Assembly: GCF_006345805.1 (NCBI RefSeq)
Contig: NC_043005.1
Coordinates: 55,366,001 to 55,430,000 of the forward strand
DNA: 64,000 bases
Direction of reading: 5' to 3'
Origin: Octopus sinensis
Taxonomy: Eukaryota
This document shows, piece after piece, positions 39,097 to 52,116 of this stretch (the stretch's first letter is position 1; every line of letters starts with the position of its first letter). A model generated the notes under the pieces. The model had not been told where the DNA came from. It worked only from the letters and a program-made list of their open reading frames with translations, and ran no database searches. Made by a program: the position numbers and the translations under genes.

Positions 39097-39439
39097 ATAT
39101 ATATATATATATGTGATAAATAAAAATATATGCATACATACAAACATATATGTACGTACCTACATCTACATGTATATATACATGCATATATAAATAATTA
39201 TACGTGAGTACAGGACACCACAATAAGACGTAGACGGGAAAATCAAAAAAACAAAAAACAAGAAAACGAAAAAACTAAAAACAAGAAAACGAAAAAAACA
39301 GTTACAGGACGTGCTACACAAGGAAAAAAACCCCGTCATCAGCTGTCGATAGTAGAGTCAAGCATGTTTCGAAGGTAGAGACAGAAAAACCCCCGTCTTC
39401 AGCTATCTATATCTATCTATCTATGTATGTGTGTGTGTA

Positions 39440-39489
<50 letters not shown>

Positions 39490-39551
39490 TGTATGTATAT
39501 GTATATATATGTATATATGTGCCTGTGTATATGTATATATAGACATATATA

Positions 39552-40638
39552 TTGGGTTGTCTGGAAAGTTTGTTCCGATTTTTAAAGGAAAGAAAAAGGT
39601 CAATAAATACTTGCCATTACATTTTTAATCAACTAAATATGAACCATTTTGTTGCATAATGCGTCTCCATCTTTCCTTTAACTTGAAAATACTCTCTTCC
39701 CAGAATTGAGGTGGTTTCATGGCAAAGAATTCATTGAGGTGTCTTTTTACATCAACCAAGGAATTGAAATTTCAGGTCTCTGTTCTGAAGAGACCTGAAT
39801 AAGTGGAAATTCAAAGGAGCAATATCTGGTGAATATGGAGGGTGGGGTAACACATCCCAGCCGAACTGCAGCAATTTTTGTCTGGTTCCCAAAGAAATAT
39901 GTGGTCTTGCATTATCAAGTTGGAAAACAACACCCTTTTTGTTGGCCAATTCTGGATGTTTCTCCTGAATTGCTGCTTTTAACTTGTCCAGTTGTGTGCA
40001 GTATTTATTAGAATTAACGGTCTGGTTACTTGGGAGAAGCTCATAGTACAGAATTCCATTCCAATCCCAGTGATCCAAAAGGTTCTTCTCACTCAACTCA
40101 TGTGGTACCCAAACATCGTAGCGATTTGTGTACCCAAGCTTTACCAGGTGCTCATGAATGACGGATTTTGATAGGTTGAGGCTTTCTACCAATTCTCGGA
40201 TTGTGCAATGTGGGTTATTTTCAATTAATGACTTGATTTGGCCATCATCTGTAGTGGATGGTCTGCCTGATCGCTCTTTATCAATAAGGCTACAATCTCC
40301 AGCTCAGAACCTTGCAAACCACTTCCATACAGTTCTTTCAGAAAAGAAACATCACCGTAAACTGTGCATAATACTTTGGTTGCTTGTGAGGCACTTTTCC
40401 CTTTACGGAAAAAGAAAAGCATCAAGTGCCGAAAATGAACTTTCATATCTTCCATTTTAAAGGGTTACAGAATTAACACGGGTTGTAGGAGCATAAACCT
40501 TCTTCCACGAAAAGATAGCTTAAACTGTGCTCTAAATGGAGGTGCAGTCAAATCTTATTTTATGGACTCAAACCATGTTCTAAAATAAGTCGAAAGGTAA
40601 GCTACTATAAATCGGCATGAACTTTCCAGACAACCCAG
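39552..40638 (-). mobile_element. mariner transposon, internally deleted and inactive
   Basis: ~30 bp TIRs (ttgggttgtctggaaagtt) with TA flanks. Motifs HFRHLMLFFFRKGK, WVPHEL and YSPDIAP are present. WVPHELSEKNLLD is fused to HWDWNG, so the first catalytic Asp block is deleted. Confidence 0.95.
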
Positions 40639-40663
<25 letters not shown>

Positions 40664-40673
<10 letters not shown>

Positions 40674-40815
40674 GCATCCGTTTTGTCTTGAGAGACAATG
40701 GAGTTGTGCATAAAATAATCTAGTCCGGCTTTTACATTTCATGTCCTAATACATCTCCTGCTGTGGCTGTTTAGTCCTATCCTTGACAAAAACTCCCTCT
40801 GGCAGGTGCCGCAAA
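40664..40815 (-). mobile_element. RTE-BovB-type 3'-end fragment
   Basis: Reverse complement matches 52740-52896, including the (CAA)n tail. Confidence 0.85.
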
Positions 40816-40889
40816 TGATATATATATATATACACATATATCATCATCATCATCATCATCATCATCAATGTCTGTGTTCCATACTGGCG

Positions 40890-40989
40890 TGAGTTACGTA
40901 TGTATGTAACAGCAGCAGCAGAGGTTGTAGTTAGTAGTAGTAGTAGTAGTATAGTAGTAGTAGTAGTAGTAGTAGCAGCAGCAACAGCA

Positions 40990-41072
<83 letters not shown>

Positions 41073-41073
41073 G

Positions 41074-41112
<39 letters not shown>

Positions 41113-41280
41113 GTGATGGCAATAGTGGCTGACGGTTGACATGGTGATGTTGAAAGCAACAAGAAACAACACCAAAACGATGTAGGTAGTGACATGGTGG
41201 TGGTGGTTGTAGTAGTGGTGGTGGGCACTGGTGGAAGTGGTGTGGGCTTGGTTGGTGGTGGTGGTGGCGATTATGTAGAG
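40890..41280. repeat. Compound trinucleotide array (GTA/GCA/GTG)
   Basis: Read directly from the sequence. Confidence 0.95.
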
Positions 41281-41735
41281 CAGAGTTGGCTGAAACATTT
41301 ACAGTCATTTTCTTCCCTCCGAAAGATTTTGGACATAAACTGTTCATGTCCAATGAGGTGAAACCACTTCAGATATGGTACACTTTATTTTGAATTGTCA
41401 TCTTACCTTTTGTGTATTAGAAGCGACAATTGTTGTTTATTTTCTTTTTCTTTTTTCTTTTTTTTTTCATAGAAATCAATATTGAAAACAAACTCTGTAC
41501 AAAACCAACAAATATCAAGTGTGCATTTGTTAGCATTTACAGTATTGTATGGTGGCGAAGTTAGGTGCTTTGCATTCACTGGATGTAAAAGGATGTTGAG
41601 AATATAACAACAACAATGACAACAACAACAGCAACAACAACAACAACAACAACACAACAATAGGAGAGCAGACTTTTGGCTATAAATATTTTAGACAATA
41701 ATAACAAACACATTAAACTATATTTCTATCTCTAT

Positions 41736-41966
41736 TTAACCATTTCCATACCAACCCAGCTGAAACTGCCTCTGGCTCTGAAGTACAAATATCTTGTTTT
41801 CATAAGTTTTGAATAAAAATTCTTCCATTAAACCTTAGTCACAATTTATGTTCCTAACACTAGCTTAATGATAACTAAGCTATTTTAATAAATTCTTTGT
41901 TATATTTAAAATTAATTGAAAGAAACACAGAGCATCTCAAAATAGATACAGTAATGAAAGGATTAA
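41736..41966. mobile_element. piggyBac-type MITE, family 2
   Basis: TTAA flanks; homologous to 28797-29020. Confidence 0.65.
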
Positions 41967-42429
41967 TCTATATTTATAACTCTGTTAAGAGATATTTAAT
42001 AAATTTAGAACAATATTTTGCTTGATATTTTCAGAGAGTTTTCTATATTTCATGTATTTTTGTGCTGTCTCTTTAGCATATCTATTTAATCTCTCTTTGA
42101 CACACACACACACACATATATGTATGTATATATGCATATGTATTTATGTATGTATGTATGAATGTATGTATGTATGTACGTCATTGTTCAGTTTTATTTC
42201 GAGATTTCTTGCCAATAAAGAACTTGTTTCTAACCAAGATTCAAGGCTCCTTCATTGGAATTTCAACATCAACAACAGGGTATTTTCGTATGTACGTATG
42301 TATGTATGTATGTATGGATGCATGCATGCATGTATGTATGTATGTATGTATGTATGTATGTATGTATGTATGTATGTATGTATGTATGCATGTATGTATG
42401 TATGTATGTATGCATGTATGTATGTATAT

Positions 42430-42922
42430 GGGCAGATTTGTATGTTCTGCTTCATGTATGTATTCTCATGCATATAGTTGCATATCTAGACATGCTCATA
42501 TATATTTAAATGAGTCACTTCTGGAAGGTTTTACAGATTTTTACAGTTCCAGTGATGGATTGGATGTGTAGTCTTCGAATTAGCTTTCTCCTTTCTGGTT
42601 TTGAGAAGCCTAATATCTCAAGATTGGTATTTAGGCAGTGTGTTGCATATCCCAAAGCCCTAATAATTACAGGTATCAACCTGAACTTGTAATCTGGATA
42701 GAGTAACAGCAGATTTCTTTATAGTTCAGCACAGGTATTCTCTTTTTCACTGATCTTCAGCTTTATGTTAACATCCACTAAGCAGCTAATTTCCACCACT
42801 GTGCACAGTTTCTCTTCTCTATCCCAAATCCTTATGTCAGGTCTGTTGCGCTTGCATTTTATCAAGGCCTTCACTGGGACATTGCACCAGTACTCCTCTT
42901 TATTATGAGTGGCTATGGCTTC
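42430..42922 (-). mobile_element. 3' fragment of a restriction-like-endonuclease (R4/NeSL-type) LINE within (TATG)n
   Basis: Minus strand 42922-42515: ...KCKRNRPDIRIWDREEKLCTVVEISCLVDVNIKLKISEKENTCAEL*RNLLLLYPDYKFRLIPVIIRALG...; one internal stop. Confidence 0.8.
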
Positions 42923-43455
42923 TATGTATGTATGTATGTATGTATGTATGTATGTATGTATGTATGTATGTATGTATGAATGTATGTATGTATGAATGTA
43001 TGTATGTATGCATCAATGTATGTATGTATGTATGTATGTATGTATGTATATATGTATGTATGTATGTATGTATTTATGTATGTATGTATGTATGTATGTA
43101 TGTATGTATGTATGAATGTATGTATGTATGTATGAATGTATGTATGTATGTATGTATGTATGTATGTATGTATGTATGTATGTATGTATGTATGTATGTA
43201 TGCATGCATGTTTGTATTCTATCAACAATTCCTAACTTCAAGAGAATATTTACCCAGTACATGTACTCCCTTAGGTTCCGAGAAAGGGTAAGCTTCATTT
43301 CCTCACCTGCTTTTAAAATTTCTATATTCTGACATACTAAATATATATGCATCGCTATAATCACAGAGAGTTCCACAGCATTATGCCTTCTAATACGATC
43401 ATTTATACGTAATGTGGCTAGAATTATGATGCTACTGGAACAATTCATCATCACC

Positions 43456-43493
<38 letters not shown>

Positions 43494-44237
43494 TTAATGT
43501 CCATTGTCCATGATAGCATAGGTTGAACGGTTTGACCAGGGCTGGTAAGCTGAGGAGCTGCACCTGACTCTGGTCTAATTTGACATGGCTTCTATGGCTG
43601 GATGCCCCTCCTAATGCCAACCACTCCGAGAGTGTAATGGGTGCTTTTATGTGCCACTGGCACAGGTGTCAGTCGCATGACACCAGTATCTTCCACAATC
43701 AATATTAGTTTTATGCTATGGTGATGACCTGCAGAAGCATTTCACCCATCTATACATTCCGAGTTCAAATTCTGCCAAGGTCTCCTTTGTCATTCATCCT
43801 GTCAGGGCTGATAAAAAAAAGTACCAGCTGATAACTGGGGGTCAATGAATGTGATTGACTTAAACCTTCCCCTGAAACTGCTGGTCTTGTGCCAAAATTT
43901 GAAACCAATTTTAAACTTCTTCTATATTGATATTTTCTTCCATTTTCAATATATATATATGTATGTGCATATACAGATATGTATGTGTTTATATATATAT
44001 ATGCAAAAATTTAGATTCAGATGAATATGGTACCTAAGTTGAGGCATCACAATTTAGTACGGTTTAATCAATACAATTTCAAAATAAGGTGATTAAAATC
44101 AAAATAAGTAACAAAGATATCCAGAGGTAATGCAGTACGATCATTTCATGCAACTCAATTTAAAAGGTAGAGCAATCTTCAGCTGCACAAAGACATAGAA
44201 TTTAATCAAATTAGAACAGCTGGACACATTAGTAAGT

Positions 44238-44289
<52 letters not shown>

Positions 44290-44364
44290 ATATATATATA
44301 TAATATATATATATATATATTATATATATATATATATTTATTAAATCTCCAAAAATTATCACAG

Positions 44365-44421
44365 AAATGTTACTCAGAGTTTCACATTCCTGTTTGTCAC
44401 ACAATTGTTCATCAGACAGTT
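44365..44421 (-). ncRNA. Type I hammerhead ribozyme (left member of the inverted pair)
   Basis: aactgt-CTGATGA-aca...tgt-GAAA-ctctgag-TA-acattt. Confidence 0.65.
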
Positions 44422-44444
44422 GTTCATTGGACAGTTTTCATCAT

Positions 44445-44486
44445 AAATGTCTGACGAATGGGAATGTGAAACTCAGAGTAACAGTT
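44445..44486 (+). ncRNA. Minimal type I hammerhead ribozyme (right member of the inverted pair)
   Basis: aaatgt-CTGACGA-atg(ggaa)tgt-GAAA-ctcagag-TA-acagtt. Confidence 0.7.
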
Positions 44487-44883
44487 CTGTGATAATTTTG
44501 CAGCTTTAATAATATCACTCTAATTTGGGTATTCGAGTACTATTTTTTCACCTTGTTTTGCACTTATGTGCTCCCCTGTATGTGTATGTGTGTGTGTGTG
44601 CGTGTGTGTGTGTGTTTGTGTGTATTTATGCATATGATATATCATATATATGTATGGACATAAGCATGTATGTGTAATCCATGATCTATTATCTATGATA
44701 GCTTTTCAAAACTCAATAATCACCAAATATTATATGAATATTAGTTTGGCAACAGTGTGTTCAACTTGAAAAGCATCAAACAGTCAAGCAAAATGGGGAA
44801 AAATTCCCACAACACTAAATATATGAATCAGATGCCTACAATAATTACCTGATAATTAGGCATAGACACATACACTAAAAAAC

Positions 44884-44969
<86 letters not shown>

Positions 44970-44995
44970 ATCTATCTATCTATCTATCTATATAC

Positions 44996-45038
<43 letters not shown>

Positions 45039-45074
45039 ATATATATATATTTAATAATAATAAAATTATTATAT

Positions 45075-45900
45075 ACAGTGCTCAGGTGCGAATAAACTTG
45101 CCAAAGTGCGTATAAAGCATATGCAGTAATTTGCAAATGTCTGGAAAGTGAACAGTGTATGAGTCAGATACATGCTTGCGTGTGTATGGAGAGGAGAAAA
45201 TCAGGTGTAGTGTTGGCAAATCTCAGGAAGTATGGAAGTTTTGAAGGATGTAGTGCTCTGACAACTAACAACTGATACCAGCAGTTTGTTCCATACTTCA
45301 GCAACTCTTAGCATGAAAAAATGTTTCCGAAAGTCATGGGAGCTGTGCTGTTTTCTGACTTTGTAAACATGTCCGCGGGTGTTAGACAGGTGGAGTTTGA
45401 AAAGGTGCTCAGTTATTGTTAGTAAGATGGTTAATAATTTTATGGGAGTTTCAATGTATCCATGCCCAGGAAAGTAAGGCGTTCAGAATATGGCAAATGC
45501 TTGATGGAGAGTATTCTCTTGGTAGCATGTCATTGAACGGTTTCCAAATGATTAATATCCTGGGCAAGATAGGGGTTCCAGACTGGTGATGCAAATTCCA
45601 GGTGAGACCATGCCATAGCTATATGAAACCTCAGATAGATAGCCAGAGAGCAGCTCATAAAGGACTTGGTAAGTGATGCCAAGACACCCTCAGCCTTCTT
45701 GGCAATTTTAGCTATGTGTTTTGTCCGACGCAAATCGCTATAGATAATAATGCCCAGGTCACGTTCACAAGAAGACTTTTTGAGATTAGTGTTGTGGAGG
45801 GAGTAAGTAGACACTTTTGGGATATCATGATTCATTCAAATAGAGAGTTGTTGACTGAGATGCATTCAGATTTAGGGTTCTTACCTAGTTTCCCTTGAAG
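45075..45900 (-). mobile_element. CR1-clade LINE 3' fragment
   Basis: ERDLGIII...HLEFASPVWNPYLAQDINHLETVQ, then HDFRKHFFMLRVAEVWNKL, the typical CR1 RT C-terminus. Confidence 0.85.
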
Positions 45901-46339
45901 AAATTCGTACAGGTTTCATTTGAAGGTGATGGAATCTTTTTCTTCTTTGATTTGTTTTAGGAAAAACCCAGTGTCTTCTTACTCCCTCTACAACACTAAC
46001 CTCAAAAAGTTGAAGAAAAGTAACTGTATTGTAGTGAATTTATGTGTTGTGAGCCTGAATTGTGTAGGGGACGTGTGGCAAGTGCCCCCACCACCTATCT
46101 TTGAATAAATTCGGAATATAATGTTAAAGTTATCTGAGAAATTCTGGTGGTATATTCTTCACATTGTACAAATTATGTAGCACTAATGGCAGCACTGGAG
46201 AGAATAAAGATTCAATATGTTTGAAAGCAGTTCCAATAATCAAGATCAGTCATGCATTTTATTTTCTAAGCGAATGTTCTCTGGGATGGCTCAGTTTTTA
46301 TAATGTTTTGTTTGGTGTGGAAGACCACAAGGGAGGTGG

Positions 46340-46570
46340 CAGTATTCTGGGTGTGACTAGCCAAAGGAGGAGAAGGACATGATTACATCTTGCTCTCTAG
46401 ACTGGAAATTTCTGAGGATTGAGGAGCTCATCCTGTGAGCTATATCTGCTTTATTGTTGATGTGGGTACTCCAACTGAAATTGTTATCAACAATCACTCC
46501 TAAGTGCCTGATAGTATTAGATGCTGTGAGTAATTTCTTTGGAGGAAGAGAATGTGGTTGTTTGAGCACA
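46340..46570 (-). mobile_element. Second CR1-like RT fragment
   Basis: IRHLGVIVDNNFSWSTHINNKADIAHRMSSSILRNF. Confidence 0.7.
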
Positions 46571-47152
46571 GTCTTTCCAAAGTGCATGAGTTCAAATTTT
46601 CCCTAAACATACATATGTAGAAATACATACAGGAAGAATTTTTTAAAGTGAGGAAAGGCTGTGCACTGAGTCAATCCCACTCACTAAGCAACAGCAGCCA
46701 TAATCCGAAAAGAACAAGTCAACATCAACAGTAACCACTGAGCTGCAGGTTTTATGTCGGAGTTATCTCAGTTACCTGAGTTACCTTCTCCTAGAGGGAT
46801 GCCCTAACAAGGGCTAGGAGTCCTTCACTTCCAATGGTTTAACCACGTGATCGGGTATTCAGTCCGATTATTTCATGATACAGCCTTAAGCCTTAATAAA
46901 AAAAAAAAAATTACACATTTATTGGATGGCCATTGACTCCCAAGAGTTCCTCTGCCCTTTGACGGGTTTTGTTTTTCATACCGCAGGGTGTCCAATAAAC
47001 ACCCTCCTCACCAAGCAAACTTGGTGGGGATGCCAGTTTAGTCGCTGACGGCCCGACCATGTAACAGGTTGTACTGGGTTACATGTTACCAGTAGCACTC
47101 GAAAGTGACTTGACATATGTATATATATATATATACACACACATATGTATGT

Positions 47153-47220
<68 letters not shown>

Positions 47221-47231
47221 TACACACACAC

Positions 47232-47272
<41 letters not shown>

Positions 47273-47954
47273 CACATATATGGATGAGAGAGTTGGTATG
47301 TGAAAGCACGTGGTTGGATGTATAAAAACAAAATAGAATGAAAAAACTACAGAAGATTTGTATAATATGGTTAAAAAATGTATTAAATTCGTCATGTTAG
47401 GAAAATGTTATAAAAATTTTTTTGTATAGTGATATTGCTTTTGAAGAAATAACTGGTTTTGCATTTTCCTTTCAAATTTCTCATATTTCTTTACCATTGT
47501 TGTGTCATCTATTTGCTATGGTATGATGTAGAAAAGTTCGAAACAGGGGGAGGCAATCAGGGATTTTTTTTGGTATAAGGAAAATAATCAAAAATGTTGG
47601 GAATGATTAGGTTTTGTTAATTTAACATGATTTGGTTTTGATAGAATAAAGTGTTAGAAATGGTTAAGTTTTGGTTTATATTTTTTAATGAGGTGAGTTT
47701 CCTTATTTAAAAATGCTAGAAACGGTTAAGTTTTGGCTTATATTTTTCAATGAAGTAGGTTTCCTTATTTAATCTAACATGTCATGGTGTTCCAGTTGTG
47801 CGTTGATAAAATAGGAAAATTACAAATTGTGGTAGCAATTGTTTTTGCACATCTGTCAATGTGTTCACTAAAGGGTATCATTCTGTACTGTGGGAATGCA
47901 ATCTACTGTCAGTGCAGAGTGCATCTGCATCTGAGCAATAATCCTGTGGACCCT

Positions 47955-48006
<52 letters not shown>

Positions 48007-48215
48007 TATACATATATGTACATACACACATGTACATTCTTATATCTTTGTGTCTGTGTTTGTAACTTAGCAGTTTTGCAAAAGAGACCAATAGAATAAG
48101 TACCAAGATGAAGAATTAAGTACTGAGGTTAAATCAATCAACTAAAATTCCTTAAGGTGGTGCTGCAGCATGACCACAGTCTAATGACTGAAACAAGTAA
48201 AAGATATAAGGTAAA

Positions 48216-48266
<51 letters not shown>

Positions 48267-49434
48267 GAGAGAGAGAGAGAGAGAGAGAGGTGGGGGAGAA
48301 AGTGAGTGAGATGGACAGACAGACAAAAAAGAAGTGATGGATATTGCTGTACAGCAGATCCATCAAACCCACGCTTGTGGTGGAAAAGTTGATTTCAAAA
48401 ACAACAATGATGGTGAGTATGATAATGGTGACAATCACGATAACTCTTAATGTATGTTTTTATCTGCAGTATTTATAAAATGTGTCGGTTGAGAATGCTT
48501 GTAAGGAGATTTGATAATACAATAGAAACACTATCAGTAACAGTGGAAACAATAGTAGCAATAGCAGCATTGATAGCAGCAGTAAAAGCAAAAACAATGA
48601 CAACAGTAAAAATACATCCACAAGATCAACAACTTTATTGATAATGATTTTCTTTACAGCGATAATAATAACAAGACTAATTATTGTGGAGGTAGAGTTT
48701 TAACAATTGACTATTGATGGCTTTAATCAAATGTTTTATTAAGACTACATTCTACTCATGTAGCATAGTTTCATTTTTATAGATGTTATTCTGTACAGCC
48801 CACAGACAGTCTTGGTCAAGTAAATTAAAGAAATTTAAGATAGTATTTGTATGAATGGGTCTTATTGTGATGTGAACTATATTTTTCGAGCAAGATTGTA
48901 GGGTATAGTTTCAGGGAAATTTGGTTGCAATTTTTATTGAGTCAAGAGAACACGAGGAGGTGGCTTCAGTTGTTCATACCTTTTTTGTGTGTGTGTTAAT
49001 AAAAAGAATTCAAGGAAGAGGTGTGGTGCTCGGAAAGCTCTTTGCTGACATTTTTTGGATGAAATGTGTATAGGTACTTGGAATTGTTACATCTCAGTGA
49101 AAAAGAGAATAAAATTGTAGGCAGAGAGTTAGTGCTAGAGAGGATAATGGTTCAAAAGAAGAATGATAACGTGCTTGATAAGTAAGAACATAGTGGAGTG
49201 ATGAGAGGTGGAGATGCAAGTCCATTGAATGTATACATTGAATGCAATAAATTTTAAAGGGGCCATTTAACTAGTGATAAATACAAGAAATACCTATAAA
49301 AATAAACCGTTTATACATGTGTATAGGTATGTATATATGTGTATGTGTGTTTATATGTACAGTTATAATAAAAACAATTTTGCATTATTCTGATGGGTTA
49401 CTCTATACTTTTGTAGAGTACAAATTTAATATTT

Positions 49435-49649
49435 TTAACCTTTTAGCATTTAAACCGGCCATATTCTATCTGTTTTATGTTCAAACTGGCTATAACTAGG
49501 CTCTCACACCTATCCTAGAATGTTATTCTAAAGATATATAATCTCATCATTGAAACTTTGAAGCTACGAGATCATGTAGGATTAATTCAAAATGATGTGA
49601 CTAAATAAACATTACATTTGACAAAGTAATCTGAATACTAAAGGGTTAA
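49435..49649. mobile_element. piggyBac-type MITE, family 1
   Basis: Ends TTAA-ccttttagca and tactaaaggg-TTAA. Confidence 0.7.
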
Positions 49650-49806
49650 ACAAGAATGCTGTTGACAGTGACTTCAAAGTTTTGGCCATTGTTCTCCTAT
49701 ATATAACTGATTTCAGAATCCAATAGAATCAAGGTATTTTAATTGCAAAGACACCAAGGTAGAGTCAATGATAGTTACACCTGTGTATTAACAATATGTA
49801 TGAACA

Positions 49807-51574
49807 CACAACTTATTTGGAGAGTCTCAAAGCATATTTTGAGGAATTCCACCGAGGAATGAAGCAGATTGTACATTCTGTAATATTCAATTTTTAAAAT
49901 AAATTTATTTTACTCTTCTGAAATAATTGTGGCTTCTTTTATTTGATGGTTTACCATGTCATAGGCAATAACCAAATTAGAAATGTATGTGTGTGCATGT
50001 GTATGTATGTTTGCATGAGTGCATGATACTTCTTAAAGTATACATGGATTTGTCCTTCCAGTAATGCATACATTTATAAGTATAGACCAAATACACCCAA
50101 TGTATACATAAAATCATGCAAGAGTATAATCAGGCATGTAGTCCACAGTCCCCTGTAGTCTCAAGAACCAAAGCAGTGAAGTTCCAAGCCGGTGGCACAT
50201 AAAAAGCACCATTCGAGCGTGATCGTTACCTGTGTCACCTTACTGGCACTTGTGCTGGTGCCACATGAAAAAACATTCGAGCGAGGTCATTGCCAGTGCC
50301 GCTGGACTGGCTCCTGTGCAGGTGGCACATAAAAAGCACCATTTGAGCATGGCCATTGCCAGTACCGCCTTACTGGCCCTCGTGCCGGTGGCACGTAAAA
50401 GCACCCACTATACTCTTGGAGTGGTTGGTGTTAGGAAGGGTATCCAGCTGTAGAAACTCTGCTCAATCAAGATTTGAGCCTGGTGTAGCCATCTAGTTTG
50501 CAGAACCTCATTCAAATTGTCCAACCCATGCAAGCATGGAAAGCAGACGTTAAACAATGATGATGATGATGATGAACTGTTTCAGACTTTTTTTTTTTTT
50601 TTGATGCACAACATATAAAAAAACAGTTCTCTTCTGATGAATTAAAATAAAAATAAAATTTTACATTTAGGCTTTTTCACACAAATATTATAAGATGTAT
50701 ATTGACTCTGAAAGAGTCAATATGCATTCTTTATAATTTGTGTGAAAAATACTAAATGTTAAATTTCATATTACTTTAATTCACCTGAAGAAAAGGTTTT
50801 TTTTCATATGGTGTAATTTGTTTGTTTATAAATAAAAAAAAACATGTCTGAAATATACTCGGTAAAATGGTTGGCATTATGAAGAGAATCTAGCAGAAGA
50901 AATCATGCCAAAGCAAACATGGGAGCATGATGTAGTCTCCTGGTTTGTCATCTTCTGTTGAGCCATCCAACCCATGCCATCATGTGAAATGGACGTTAAT
51001 GATGATGATGATGATGATGATGATGATGTGTGTGTGTATGATATGATGTATGAGTATGTATGTAAGCGAACACCATTTATTTTGGTCCGTCAGTTTTACT
51101 TTTGTGAGAAGAATAAGAAAGTAGCGTGTTGAGGAATGTGGGATGGTGGCCACCACATATGAAAATAGTCAGAATAATGTGATAAACCAAGTGTATGTCC
51201 CACTTTCTTTTAACTGACAGATGCACAAGGGAAAATAGCTGTAACTTAGAAGAGAAGAATGCTTGAAGACAGAAGAATTTTCTCATAAACTCATACACAT
51301 ATGCACATACACACATGCATATGTGCACATGCATGCATGCACATGTACACATACAATCATGCACTCATGCAAACATACACGGACACACACACACACATTT
51401 CTAATTTGGTTATTGCCTATGACATGGTAAACCACAAAATAAAAGAAGCCACAATTATTTCAGAAGAGTAAAATAAATTTATTTTAAAAATTGAATATTA
51501 CAGAATGTACAATCTGCTTCATATCTCAATGGAATTCCTCAAAATATGATTTGAGACTCTCCAAATATGTTGTG
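49807..51574. repeat. Nested inverted repeat: outer arms 49807-50027 and 51356-51574, inner palindrome ~50612-50810
   Basis: The outer arms differ by about 8 nt in ~180 nt of non-microsatellite sequence (my count). The inner axis is tattgactct-gaa-agagtcaata at 50710-50712. Confidence 0.9.
50188..50573 (+). mobile_element. RTE 3' UTR fragment (family D) with ggtggcac-taaaaagcacc modules
   Basis: Homologous to 10960-11190 and 57700-58240; (GAT)n tail. Confidence 0.85.
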
Positions 51575-51905
51575 CTGTAATGCTTTAAAGCATATTTTAA
51601 CAAGATTCTGAATGAAACTCATTGAAGTTTGTTCTGAGAATGTCAGTCCAGAAGGCAAACAGTGCATTTGTCACATTGAGTATTTTTGAAAATTCCATGC
51701 ATACATAGGTACAAGTATGGCTGTGTGGTTAAGAGGTTCACTTCTCAACCACATGGTCTCTGGTTCACACTCGGTTTGGCATCTTGAACAAATGTCTTTT
51801 AGTATAACTGGTGAATAGTAGATTTGGTATTCAGAAAGTGAAACAAAATCGTCATATATATATATAATAATGAAGATAAACCAAATAATTATATTTTGAA
51901 AGCAT

Positions 51906-51980
51906 TTAATACACATGTTTCAGATCTTCGTGATTTATAATAGAAAATACTTCCCACTACACAAGACCTTCTTCAGTCAA
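51906..51980 (-). ncRNA. Type I hammerhead ribozyme with long stem II
   Basis: ttga-CTGAAGA-aggtctt...aagatct-GAAA-catgtg-TA-ttaa. Stem II has 7 bp plus a gtg/cac extension. Stem III is catgtg, possibly a CpG-decayed cacgtg. Confidence 0.75.
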
Positions 51981-51988
51981 TACATTTC

Positions 51989-52027
<39 letters not shown>

Positions 52028-52116
52028 TCTACCAATGTGGTGTTGAGCACTCATTCTCAATGTTCAACAGTTACGTGTATATATATATGAATATATATAT
52101 ATATATATGTATATAT

